A DNA stretch of 63,369 bases, counting the filler, from a bacterium (GTDB lineage Bacteria > JBBIVP01), in NCBI GenBank assembly GCA_037439705.1. It is 11 parts of 11 records of this genome, joined end to end, with 100 filler letters (N's around TTAATTAATTAA, not from the genome) between each part and the next. Parts side by side here need not be neighbours in the genome. Positions count along the whole stretch, not along the records: positions 29,336 to 35,056 come from JBBIVP010000142.1; positions 35,157 to 40,834 come from JBBIVP010000143.1; 9 more parts are not named here. The stretch is one strand, 5' to 3'. The translations under genes were made by a program, and so were the position numbers. Positions 29,780-39,296 of the stretch are shown piece after piece. The notes beneath the pieces are model-generated. The model had not been told where the DNA came from, made no database searches, and saw nothing but the letters and a program-made list of their open reading frames with translations. The first letter of the stretch is position 1. Every line of letters begins with the position of its first letter.

Positions 29780-31540
29780 CTAAAAGGGGTATCCTTCTCT
29801 TTCAAGAACGAGCATTGAAAGAGCCTTTTTCTCTTCCACTGGATTGAGTTTTGCTTTTTCAACCATTTTAAGGAGACAAGAGGAGAAATCTTTTAGATTT
29901 TCTATACCTGTGTAGGGGGTAATCTGGAGAACATTTGCGCAAAGGGAAACCGCTGAATCCCACGCCAGAATTCTAATTGGATGAATGAATTCATTTAACT
30001 TTTCTGGATTCTGGAGTGCTCTTGCAATTGCTGAATCAAGAACATAACACGAGATCAAGGAATTGCTCAAAAGTTCAAGAAGCATCTGTTCTTCTTCAAG
30101 TTCTTTCATGTATTTCATTCCAACACTGCCGACAGTGTAAACTGTGAGTTTTTTCATTGCATCAAGTATATGGGCTACATCCGAAAGGGCTCCATATCTG
30201 CTGAAATCAGCATATCCTTCCATATTTGAAAGGATTCCCTCGCATTTACCATAAACTTCCATAAGGGGTATATCACCTTTCATACCTTTTCTGAGAAGCA
30301 TTCCCGTTATAACAAGCCTGTTAATCTCATTTGTCCCTTCAAATATCCTGTTCACCCTCGCATCCCTGTATGCCCTTTCAGGTGGGTATTCCTCAATATA
30401 ACCATAGCCTCCGTGACACTGGAGGGTTTCATCTATGACCATTCCTACTGTTTCTGACCCAAAAACCTTCGCTATTGAATCTTCTACGCAGTGTTCCTCT
30501 ATAGCATTTCTTATGTGCATTTCATAATCGGGAGAGGATTTATCGTATCCTTTGAGGAGGTCATCAATTGAACTTGCAATTCTGTAAACGATGGATTCAA
30601 GCCCGTAGATTCTCGCACACATATCAGCGAATTTCTTTCTTATCATTCCAAAATCCGCAATTGGTCTGTTAAACTGTTTCCTTTCCTTTGTATATTTGAC
30701 CGCTTCCTTCAGCATCCTTTTGGCTCCACCGAGTGCTGCTGCAGCGAGTTTGAGCCTTCCTATGTTAAGAATGTTGAAGGCAATTTTATGCCCCTTTCCA
30801 ATTTCGCCAAGAAGGTTTTCAACCGAGACCTTTACATCTTCAAAAGTGACAGCCCTTGTTGATGAACCCTTCAAGCCCATTTTTTTCTCTTCCGGCCCAA
30901 GAATTATTCCTTCCGTTTTTTCAACAATGAAGCCTGTAAATTTGTCTCCCCCTATCTTGGCGAATACAATCCACATATCCGCAAATCCACTGTTGGTTAT
31001 GAATTGTTTCGTTCCGTTCAATATGTAATATTTTCCGTCAGAAGAGAGGTCCGCCCTTGTTTTGATAGAAAGAGCATCTGAACCCGCTGAAGGCTCGGTA
31101 AGGGCGTAAGCACTTATTTTTTTTACAGTAGCAAGGTCCGGAAGGTATTTTGATTTCTGTTCATGAGTCCCGAAATAAACTATGGGAAGAGTTCCTATTC
31201 CAGTATGGGCACCGAATGTGGCTCCAAAAGACCCGTTCACTTCCAGTTTTTCGGTCACAATCATTGAAGAGATTTTGTCAAGTCCGAGTCCTCCGTATTT
31301 TTCAGGAACATCCACCGCAGTGAAACCGAGTTCTCCAGCCCTTTTGAGGAGTTGTTTGGTAACTTCATATCCATGTTCTTCCATTTTTGGAGCATTCGGC
31401 AGTATTTCCTTTTCCGCAAAATCCTCCGCTGTTTTCGCAAGCATTCTGTGTTCCTCGGTGAATCCTTCAGGATAAACTGCGGTTGTATTTATTGGTTCCT
31501 CAACGAGGAATTCACATCCTTTCAGATATCTTTTCTCCAT
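29780..31540 (-). CDS. acyl-CoA dehydrogenase (long FadE/VLCAD-like form)
   Basis: YALTEPSAGSDA, GTKQFITN, KMGLKGSST, HGGYGYIEEY, RIFEGTNEINR. Confidence 0.95.
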   Translation of the reverse strand: MEKRYLKGCEFLVEEPINTTAVYPEGFTEEHRMLAKTAEDFAEKEILPNAPKMEEHGYEVTKQLLKRAGELGFTAVDVPEKYGGLGLDKISSMIVTEKLEVNGSFGATFGAHTGIGTLPIVYFGTHEQKSKYLPDLATVKKISAYALTEPSAGSDALSIKTRADLSSDGKYYILNGTKQFITNSGFADMWIVFAKIGGDKFTGFIVEKTEGIILGPEEKKMGLKGSSTRAVTFEDVKVSVENLLGEIGKGHKIAFNILNIGRLKLAAAALGGAKRMLKEAVKYTKERKQFNRPIADFGMIRKKFADMCARIYGLESIVYRIASSIDDLLKGYDKSSPDYEMHIRNAIEEHCVEDSIAKVFGSETVGMVIDETLQCHGGYGYIEEYPPERAYRDARVNRIFEGTNEINRLVITGMLLRKGMKGDIPLMEVYGKCEGILSNMEGYADFSRYGALSDVAHILDAMKKLTVYTVGSVGMKYMKELEEEQMLLELLSNSLISCYVLDSAIARALQNPEKLNEFIHPIRILAWDSAVSLCANVLQITPYTGIENLKDFSSCLLKMVEKAKLNPVEEKKALSMLVLEREGYPF

Positions 31541-31558
31541 CTCTACCTCCTTAAAAAT

Positions 31559-32059
31559 TTAATAGTCCCACATACCTTTCGCTTTAAGGATGAGTTCTAT
31601 TACCTCTCTCACCGCTCCCCTTCCTCCTGGGTTTTTCGTGATATAAAGTGCTTCTCTTTTTACCTCCCTCACAGCATCCCCGACCGCTACCGGAAATCCT
31701 ACTTTTTTCATTATTGAGAGGTCCACCACATCATCTCCAACAAATGCTACTTCTTCGTCGGAAAATCCCATTTCTTCTTTCAGTTTATCGTAGAATTCTC
31801 CCTTCTTCTTTATTCCTGTATAAACCCTCTTTATTCCCAGTTCCTTCGCCCTTCTTTCAAGAGATTTTGAATCCCTTCCTGTGACGAACACCACCTCAAA
31901 ACCCTTTCTCAGAAAAATTACTATTCCGTGTCCATCCTTTATGTCAAAATCCCTCATGTCATCATTTTCTCCCACATGAAGCCTTCCATCCGTAAGCACA
32001 CCGTCCACATCAAGTATGAGGACATTTATCTTCCTTGCCCTTCTTATTGCCTCTATCAT
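31559..32059 (-). CDS. kdsC: 3-deoxy-D-manno-octulosonate 8-phosphate phosphatase
   Basis: DVDGVLTDG, KDGHGI, GDDVVD, GGRGAVRE. Confidence 0.93.
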   Translation of the reverse strand: MIEAIRRARKINVLILDVDGVLTDGRLHVGENDDMRDFDIKDGHGIVIFLRKGFEVVFVTGRDSKSLERRAKELGIKRVYTGIKKKGEFYDKLKEEMGFSDEEVAFVGDDVVDLSIMKKVGFPVAVGDAVREVKREALYITKNPGGRGAVREVIELILKAKGMWDY

Positions 32060-32173
32060 AATGAATTATTATTCAATTTTTTCTTTTTATGGTCAAGGAG
32101 TTGACGAGGTTTGTGCTTCTCCAAAATTTTTATTGCTTTTTTATGTAAACAAGTTTAAAATTCCATAACATAA

Positions 32174-33613
32174 ATGAGAGAAAGGTCTGATGTTTTAGTA
32201 ATTGGTTCTGGATTTGGTGGAAGTATACATGCTCTTCGTCTTGCTGAGGCGGGAAAAAAAGTTATTGTTCTTGAAAGAGGGAATAAGTTCACGGAGAAGG
32301 ACTTTGAGCAAAGATGGGACGCATATTACCTTTCTAAACTATATCAAATTTATTACACTCTGGATTTAAATACATTTTTCAGAACCGCAAGAATGCTGGG
32401 AGGAGGTTCGGTGATATACTCGGGAGCAATGCTTCGTCCCCCTTCTGAGGTTTTTGATTATAAAGACAGCTCAGGATATAAGGTATGGCCGGATGGAATA
32501 ACGAGAAAAACGATGGACCCTTATTTTGAAAGGGTTGAAAGAATGATGGGAGTGAGACAGGCAACATGGGAAGAAGTTCCCCGCTCGGGTGCAGTTTTTG
32601 CGATGCTTCTTGATAATATCGGTAGAACCTGTGACAGGGGCAGGTTTCCATATCAAAACTGCAGACAGTGTGGATTCTGTGAGGCGGGCTGTATCTTCGG
32701 TGCAAAAAAACACCTCCTTTATAATTACATTCCATCAGCGGAGGCATTAGGAACTGAATTCAAAACAGGTTGTGAAGCCCTTTTAATAAAGCATTCTCTT
32801 GGTAAATATATTGTTGAATATCGTTCTCCTCAAAATGAAATCAGAGAGATAGAATCGGATATCGTTGTGGTTGCAGCAAATGCTATAGAAACTCCCGCCA
32901 TTCTTTTTCGTTCAAGGGATTATCTAAAAAATTTATCAGACCAGGTGGGCAAAAATTTTAACAACAACGGTGATGTAGTATTTTTCATAGAACTTCCTGA
33001 AAATTTCGCAGACTTTTCAGTGTACAAAGGAAGGACGAATGCTGTCATGATAACATACGATTACTGGGAGGAACACCGAATTACAATTCATACAGGCTGC
33101 CATCCACCAGCCGTATTTGCAGGAGTTGAGGTTTACCCTGTAGATGAACCTGATTTTGTTCCTTTCGGACTTAAATACAAACATTACATTAAGAGAATAT
33201 ACAAAAATCGTTACATCGGCTGTATTGCAATAGGTCTTGTTGATGGAGATGGTGAAATACTCCTCGGTATAGACAAAAAGCCGATTGTGAGCTTTCCGCT
33301 TACCGAAAAACTCAACAGATATATAGAGCGTGTCATTGCTATCGCAAGAGAGATTGCTGAAAAAAACGGATGCAGATTGATGTTCAGTTCATATAAGGGA
33401 TTTGAACATGGAGATGCTCATCCACTTTCCTCTGTAAGGATGGGCGACGACCCTGCGAGAGCTCCGTGCGATGCATACGGACAGCTGAGGGGGTATCCAG
33501 GGATATTTGTTACCGATGGAAGTTCAATACCCGCTGGAACAGGAGTAAATCCTGCTCTGACCATTGCCGGGAATGCTGAAAGGATAGCAGATTACATAGT
33601 GAGGAACTATTGA
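32174..33613 (+). CDS. GMC family flavoprotein oxidoreductase (cholesterol-oxidase-like) with a Cys cluster
   Basis: GSGFGG FAD motif, LGGGS, CRQCGFCEAGC, AHPL, GVNPALTI. Confidence 0.9.
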   Translation: MRERSDVLVIGSGFGGSIHALRLAEAGKKVIVLERGNKFTEKDFEQRWDAYYLSKLYQIYYTLDLNTFFRTARMLGGGSVIYSGAMLRPPSEVFDYKDSSGYKVWPDGITRKTMDPYFERVERMMGVRQATWEEVPRSGAVFAMLLDNIGRTCDRGRFPYQNCRQCGFCEAGCIFGAKKHLLYNYIPSAEALGTEFKTGCEALLIKHSLGKYIVEYRSPQNEIREIESDIVVVAANAIETPAILFRSRDYLKNLSDQVGKNFNNNGDVVFFIELPENFADFSVYKGRTNAVMITYDYWEEHRITIHTGCHPPAVFAGVEVYPVDEPDFVPFGLKYKHYIKRIYKNRYIGCIAIGLVDGDGEILLGIDKKPIVSFPLTEKLNRYIERVIAIAREIAEKNGCRLMFSSYKGFEHGDAHPLSSVRMGDDPARAPCDAYGQLRGYPGIFVTDGSSIPAGTGVNPALTIAGNAERIADYIVRNY

Positions 33614-34173
33614 AAAAACTTACGAGGAGAGACCTTTTAAGGACGCTGTCGCTTTCTGCTCTTTCTGCACTGATTTCTGGAAGGTGTGGAGATGAAAAAG
33701 CATTTGAGTTTACACTTCATTGTCTAAATCCTGAGAAAGGGCATCAGAAAATCCTTCACGCTTTCTGCGATGCAGTCATTCCGGGAAGGAATTCTGACCC
33801 GGAAGGTTCACCAGGGGCGGTGGATGTATGTTCCCTTAATCTCTTATACGATGATTCCTTCATGTTCAAAAAAATTGCTCCTCTCATTGCTGAAATGATT
33901 GACAGAAAGGCAACAAGAATTTACAGAACCTCCTTCTGGAACCTTTCGCTTGAGAAACGAGAAAAAGTGATTAAAGAAGTGCTTGAAGAATTTCCTCTGT
34001 TAATACTTGTTATAAAACTTGTAAAAAGTGCTTTCTACGCCGGAGGATTTTCCACAGAGGGCCTGGAATACATGGGCTACCCAGGGTCAAATTCGGGTTA
34101 TTTTAACGACCCGCAATTCTCGTTCAGAAAACCTGTATCAAGGGAAAAGACAAAAGACGGAAATATGCCTTGA
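33610..34173 (+). CDS. Tat-exported small subunit (gluconate 2-dehydrogenase subunit 3-like)
   Basis: LTRRDLL twin-Arg signal, DAVIP..PGA, FWNLS..R, MGYPG; overlaps the GMC stop. Confidence 0.7.
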   Translation: MKKLTRRDLLRTLSLSALSALISGRCGDEKAFEFTLHCLNPEKGHQKILHAFCDAVIPGRNSDPEGSPGAVDVCSLNLLYDDSFMFKKIAPLIAEMIDRKATRIYRTSFWNLSLEKREKVIKEVLEEFPLLILVIKLVKSAFYAGGFSTEGLEYMGYPGSNSGYFNDPQFSFRKPVSREKTKDGNMP

Positions 34174-34892
34174 AAAGAAAACTTGTCATCATCATTTTTC
34201 TTTTCATATCCTGCGGGGAAGAAAAAAAATTAAATCAACCCTGTTTTCTGTGTCATTCAAAGGATGAATTAACTAAAAGAATTTCTACATCTTCATCCAC
34301 TCCCCTTGAGCACATGCTCCAGAATGGTTCTGGAGTCATACAAATACCATCTTACGACCCTCTGGAACCCATCTCTTTCTCCATCGGCTGGGTAAAAAGG
34401 GGGTATCATTCGGATGAAGACATGAAAGATTGCTATCCCTGCCACATGGTTAACGCTGAAGGAACAGCACACGGCGGGTTTCATTATCCTGAAATGGCAC
34501 TTCAGAAGTTTTACTCCTCATCCTGTGCCCCCGGTTGTCATAACTATTTACCTCCTCAACTCAAGCCCGAAATATTACTCAATACATGCAATCAGAGTAA
34601 CTCTCATTATATCATCTTCAAAGAAGGCTTTTCCGAAAGCAGAAGTGATATAAAAGTTGGCCACATTTCACCAGGATGTGGAGGATGCCATTCGGTAAAA
34701 GAATTCAGACATGGTGCAATTCCGGATTGTCTTGAATGTCATAAATTTACCCTCGGAGTCGAGAATGATCTTCATTCCTCTCACACAGCCCTTTCCGGTG
34801 ACTTATCCTGTGGATATTGCCATTATACAGAAAAAACAGAAATCTACAGGGCATCCTGCTATAACTGTCATTTGAGCGCACACTGCCCTTAG
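34170..34892 (+). CDS. multiheme cytochrome c lipoprotein (6 CXXCH + 1 CX3CH)
   Basis: Lipobox FISC; CFLCH, CYPCH, CAPGCH, CGGCH, CLECH, CGYCH, CYNCH. Confidence 0.85.
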   Translation: MKRKLVIIIFLFISCGEEKKLNQPCFLCHSKDELTKRISTSSSTPLEHMLQNGSGVIQIPSYDPLEPISFSIGWVKRGYHSDEDMKDCYPCHMVNAEGTAHGGFHYPEMALQKFYSSSCAPGCHNYLPPQLKPEILLNTCNQSNSHYIIFKEGFSESRSDIKVGHISPGCGGCHSVKEFRHGAIPDCLECHKFTLGVENDLHSSHTALSGDLSCGYCHYTEKTEIYRASCYNCHLSAHCP

Positions 34893-35056
34893 CAGAAAGA
34901 GTTTTTGACGAAGGGGATGTATTTTATAACTTAAATTTTCCGTTCTTCTGGTAATCATAGACCTGGTGTTCTACAAGGGTCATTGGTTAAGAGATAGTAT
35001 CCATTTGTATGAGAATTTATATTTTGTTTAAGAGGGAAGAAGATTTTAATTTGGGG

Positions 35057-35156
35057 NNNNNNNNNNNNNNNNNNNNNNNNNNNNNNNNNNNNNNNNNNNN
35101 TTAATTAATTAANNNNNNNNNNNNNNNNNNNNNNNNNNNNNNNNNNNNNNNNNNNN
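35057..35156. other. artificial contig linker
   Basis: N44-TTAATTAATTAA-N44. Confidence 0.98.
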
Positions 35157-35440
35157 AAATTGTGGTGTGCAAAGGAGTTTCAAGTGATGTTTCTCTGAAA
35201 GAAGGTGAGGTTGATGAGTTTTTTCCGGAGGAAGGAAAAGAGGCATACACCTTCTGCGGAATATCTTTTGTTGAAAGAAAAATTCTTGAAGAAATTCCAG
35301 AGGGTAAGGGATGCCTCGTGAGGGATTTCTTTATTCCTGTTTTAAGAAAAAGAACCAAAATCTCAGCCTCTATTCATGATGGGAAATTTGTTGATATTGG
35401 AACTCCTTTAGGCTTAAAAATAGTTTTAGAAAAAATTTAA
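35157..35440 (+). CDS. sugar-phosphate nucleotidyltransferase, C-terminal fragment
   Basis: YTFCGI and GKFVDIGTP motifs. Confidence 0.7.
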
Positions 35441-35466
35441 AAAACCTTCCCTCCTTAAGTATTATG

Positions 35467-35874
35467 TTATTCAGCCGGAGGTTCTTGTGGAGCAGGGGGG
35501 GTAACTTTTATCTTTGTGCTTGTCGCTGAAACTCCTCCCTTTACATCGCTCGCCTCTACCACTATTGTGTATTCTGCAGATTCTGTGATACCCTGCGGGG
35601 CTGTCCAGTCAACGGATTCACCGGTAGTTGCGCTGAAGGATGGTCCTGTAAGGGGAACAGGAGCAGATGGAGCGGTCATACTCCATGAGTAGGTGATGGA
35701 GTCTCCGTCAAGGTCAGTGGCGGATGCTTTGAGATTCACAACCGCACCCGGTTCAACAGAGGTAGAGGAAGCAGTGATTGAGAGTTCTGAAGGAGGATTG
35801 TTCACCTTCTTCTTGCAGCCCGCAAAAAGAAAAGCCACTCCCATTACAACACCAATTATAGCAACTCTCTTCAT
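35467..35874 (-). CDS. small lipoprotein with one PKD/Ig-like domain
   Basis: Lipobox FAGC; NNPP..ATDLDGDSITYSW..WTAP..ASDVKGG; GGAGG RBS. Confidence 0.75.
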   Translation of the reverse strand: MKRVAIIGVVMGVAFLFAGCKKKVNNPPSELSITASSTSVEPGAVVNLKASATDLDGDSITYSWSMTAPSAPVPLTGPSFSATTGESVDWTAPQGITESAEYTIVVEASDVKGGVSATSTKIKVTPPAPQEPPAE

Positions 35875-36010
35875 CTTTTATCACCTCCTTTCTTCATTTT
35901 TTTCTGATTTAATTTTATGGATAATCTTTTTTTTTCATAGGGGGAATTATTACACTCAAATTTTTAAATTTCAAGTATTTTTTAAACTCCATTCCTCTCC
36001 CTTAAAACCC

Positions 36011-37085
36011 TTATTTAATCACCTCTATGTCAAAAGGAGGAAGGGATGTTTCAAATGGTTGTTCTCCAAGAACCTCTCCAGTTTCCGAATTTACAATAAT
36101 TATGCCAGATTTTCCTGTTGGTGGTCTAAAAGCTATAAGAAGAAGATTTTGGTATAATTCAATGTCTGCCACAGAATAACCGCCAGGAGAGAAAACATCT
36201 TTTCTTTTCTTTTCTTCTTCTGGATTGAACTCCACTACCTTTGTATTCTGAAATAACAGCATATCCCTTATTATCAGAAAGGATAGCGATGTCGGATATA
36301 TCCCCTCCGAGTTCCTTTTCTGTAATTATTGTTTCAGAACTTCCCGTTGATGGGTCAAATTTTTCAACAATTCCATCAGAAATATCAAAGGATGAACCGT
36401 GTTCAATGAGGTATATGAATCCATCATTTACATAAAGGGAATCCGAAATAGCCCATGGATTTTTTCCATTCAGATTGTGAACCTTTATAACCTCGTCATT
36501 TTCTGTATCAATCTCTAAAATTTTCCCATTTCCTGAGGGAGGCCAAAACATCTCATTCTGGTTTAGCAACTGAAGTGCAACAAAGAGGTGGTTTTTAAAA
36601 ACCGCCATTCCAGCCATTTCAGGGAATCCATCCTCATCTGAATATTTTTTCAGGTCAATCTCCCTTATCTTTTTTCCTGTGAGAGGCTCAATAACAAGAA
36701 GGCTTTTTGCCTGAAGCCTTGAAACATAAGCCTTATTTCCTGAAAACGCTATGTCCTGAGGATTTGTTCCTGCTCCAACGGAAAACTCTGTTACCGGAGA
36801 AGAAAAGTTTCTGTTTTTTACATCAATAACCATTATGCTGTCCGAACCATATCTCTGGACGATATAAGCGTATCCGTTGTAGAACCTTACAACAGCATCA
36901 GGATGAACTGGAACGGGGCTGTTTAAAATCCAGACATTTCCGTCTTCTATTTCAAGAAGGCTGTAGGAACCAGTTTGATAATCCGTAGTTACGACAAAAA
37001 CATCAGGAACTATCTCCTCCACCTTCTTCTCCTCAGCACACCCTATAAAGAATAGAACCGCAAAAATAACTATTGTCTTTTTCAT
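36011..37085 (-). pseudogene. beta-propeller surface lipoprotein (BtuG/YncE-like), split by a frameshift near 36250
   Basis: Lipobox FIGC, NPQDIAF, YVSRL; natural C-terminus (NTKVVEFNP...LPPFDIEVIK) lies in a different frame (ORF 36011-36262). Confidence 0.7.
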
Positions 37086-37097
37086 CCTATCACCTCC

Positions 37098-38987
37098 TTA
37101 CATTATTATTCCCTCCACTTTAACCCCGAACCTCCTTCCAGGGAGAGGAATGGAGTAGATGTCAACCCATTTTTCATCAAGTATGTTTTCTACATATCCA
37201 TGAATTCTCACCCCCTTTTTAATTTCTTTTGTTAGATAAATTGAATGCTCTGTTTTCAAATTTCTTTTTCTCATATTTGCCCTGTCAAGAAAGGTATCTC
37301 CCTGAAGGTCAAACTCGTATCTTATGGAGAAATTTTTCAGAAGGTCAAAATTTAAGAAATAGTGAAGTTCGTGGGATGGCTGTAAGGGTAATCTTTTACC
37401 TCTCAAATAATCAATTTTTCCCCTGTCCTCCGTGAAGAGATATGTGTAATTTGCGCCCGTTTTAAAGGGTGAAAGTTCTAATTCAAAACTTCCCTCAAAA
37501 CCGAGGATGAATGCCCTTGAGATATTTTCGGGAATGAATGTCCACTGGGAGTTCTGTGTGTAGGATATAAGATTGACAATATCTCTTTGAAAAAATCCAA
37601 GAGACGATTTGAAACCTTTAAACTCTCCGTTCCATTCAACAGATGTCTTTATCCCTTCCTCCGGTTTAAGGTCGGGATTTCCCATCCATACTCCTCTGTC
37701 TCCGAAAAGTTCAAAGAAAGATGGAATCCTTACATACCTTCCAAAACTCATAATTATTTTATGGGAAGAAAATTTAAAAATTCCTGATATTGATGGCATA
37801 AAGGCGAAATATGAAGAGGAGGTATTCTTTTTTTCAAAATAATAAAGAATTCCAGTTTCTCCATCTGTTTTTGAAAAATAAAAAACTGCCTGTGGAATAA
37901 CAGAGAATTTTTTTGAAAAACTGAATTCCGCATCCGAAGACAATCTGACTTCATTTCTTATAGCATGGAAAGAAAAAGAGGATGGTTTTATGAAAATTGA
38001 CTTCCATCTCATTCCTGAATAAAGAAGGGAAAAGGAAGGCTGAATTCTTTTAAAGTTCTTTTTAGAGAAATTAACCCTCATCCCCCCCGATAAAAATTCC
38101 TGTTTCACTTCTTCTTTAAAAATTCCAATTTCGCCATCAGGGTCAGAAAAGGTTTCATTCTGAATTCCTGTAAAGGGCTGTAAGGAAAGGAAAAACTTTT
38201 CATTTTCCAGTTTGAACTCTCCAGCAATAAATCCCCTTTCTGTTTTCAAATCTGTTTTTTCAGATTGAAGCACATCAGTCCCTGCTATACCCTGTTCCTT
38301 TGAGAAAAGGTTTGCTGTAATGGAAAGTGAGATTGAACTTGAAGGACGATATGTGTATCTTCCCAGAAAATCAACCCTGTTTGTTGCATTGTTTTTTCTT
38401 TTTGAGATGTAGTCATCATAAGGATTGAAGGGAGTTCCGTTTGAATTTCTGTATCTAAAATCTCCGTCTGTATGAAAAAGGTTGAGATAAAAAAAATATG
38501 AGTGTGATAGAAGGTTTCTTATTGAATATCCGGTGAAACTCAATGTTTTGAATGAAGAAAATTTTCCGCTCAGATAATGAAAGAACTCCCTTCCTTTATC
38601 AGGAATAATTATGTTTATTACTCCTCCTATGGATGCAGTTGAAAACTCTGAAGGAACAAAATCCTTGGCAATTTCAATTCTTCCTATTCCCTGAAGTGGC
38701 AGGTCCTCCATGTTTACGCTTGAATAGGGAGTAAAGGATATTGGAACTCCTTCAAGGAAAAATTCTGTGTGAGACGGATTTGTTCCCCTTATGCTTATGA
38801 GGCTGAATGAACCTTCTGTTCCGGCTCTCCTTACAGTTATTCCGGATTCCTTAGAAAGAGCATCGGACAATGAATTTTCATTAGGTGATGGAACAATAAC
38901 CTGAATGACACTTTCTTTTTTTATCTCTCCCTCAACCTCTATGACCGGGATTTCCTTTGAAATAAAAATTAGAAAAATAAAAAACAT
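37098..38987 (-). CDS. TonB-dependent receptor, probably cobalamin (BtuB-like)
   Basis: Plug motif SIRG..RIEI, GNPDLKPE, ENILD..PGR; directly downstream of a cobalamin riboswitch. Confidence 0.88.
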   Translation of the reverse strand: MFFIFLIFISKEIPVIEVEGEIKKESVIQVIVPSPNENSLSDALSKESGITVRRAGTEGSFSLISIRGTNPSHTEFFLEGVPISFTPYSSVNMEDLPLQGIGRIEIAKDFVPSEFSTASIGGVINIIIPDKGREFFHYLSGKFSSFKTLSFTGYSIRNLLSHSYFFYLNLFHTDGDFRYRNSNGTPFNPYDDYISKRKNNATNRVDFLGRYTYRPSSSISLSITANLFSKEQGIAGTDVLQSEKTDLKTERGFIAGEFKLENEKFFLSLQPFTGIQNETFSDPDGEIGIFKEEVKQEFLSGGMRVNFSKKNFKRIQPSFSLLYSGMRWKSIFIKPSSFSFHAIRNEVRLSSDAEFSFSKKFSVIPQAVFYFSKTDGETGILYYFEKKNTSSSYFAFMPSISGIFKFSSHKIIMSFGRYVRIPSFFELFGDRGVWMGNPDLKPEEGIKTSVEWNGEFKGFKSSLGFFQRDIVNLISYTQNSQWTFIPENISRAFILGFEGSFELELSPFKTGANYTYLFTEDRGKIDYLRGKRLPLQPSHELHYFLNFDLLKNFSIRYEFDLQGDTFLDRANMRKRNLKTEHSIYLTKEIKKGVRIHGYVENILDEKWVDIYSIPLPGRRFGVKVEGIIM

Positions 38988-39032
38988 GCACCTGCCTATC
39001 TCTGCTCGGAGAGCCGAGCAGGTAATACCACG

Positions 39033-39200
39033 GAACAGGTCTTCCGACTTATGGGACGGGCTCGTCCGGCCTTCCCAGAGTTTTCTCCAGTGGCCTCCTG
39101 CTCTCAGGCAGGATGAGGACTGCCCTTAGCCCCAATCACGGCCGCGGCACGGTGTCCGATTCTCACGGACTTCCCTAAATTCCGTGGCAAACCCCATTTT
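39033..39200 (-). ncRNA. cobalamin riboswitch
   Basis: Minus strand shows AGGGAA-GTCCG-TGAGAAT-CGGAC, GCCACTGG..CTGGGAAGG and B12-box-like AAGTCGGAAGACCTG; GC-rich island in AT-rich DNA. Confidence 0.9.
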
Positions 39201-39296
39201 ATTAAAAAAAAAATTAAAGTCAAGACCTTGTCCATGTTATATTTCAATTTTTCCAGAAATTCTTGAATTTGTTTTTTAAATTGAATAAAAGAGATT

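Noticed and set aside
5921-33613. Sterol catabolic pathway from the 3-beta-HSD-like SDR, acyl-CoA dehydrogenase and cholesterol-oxidase-like GMC
   Set aside because: Generic families, partly on different contigs, with no diagnostic steroid-ring enzymes in the window
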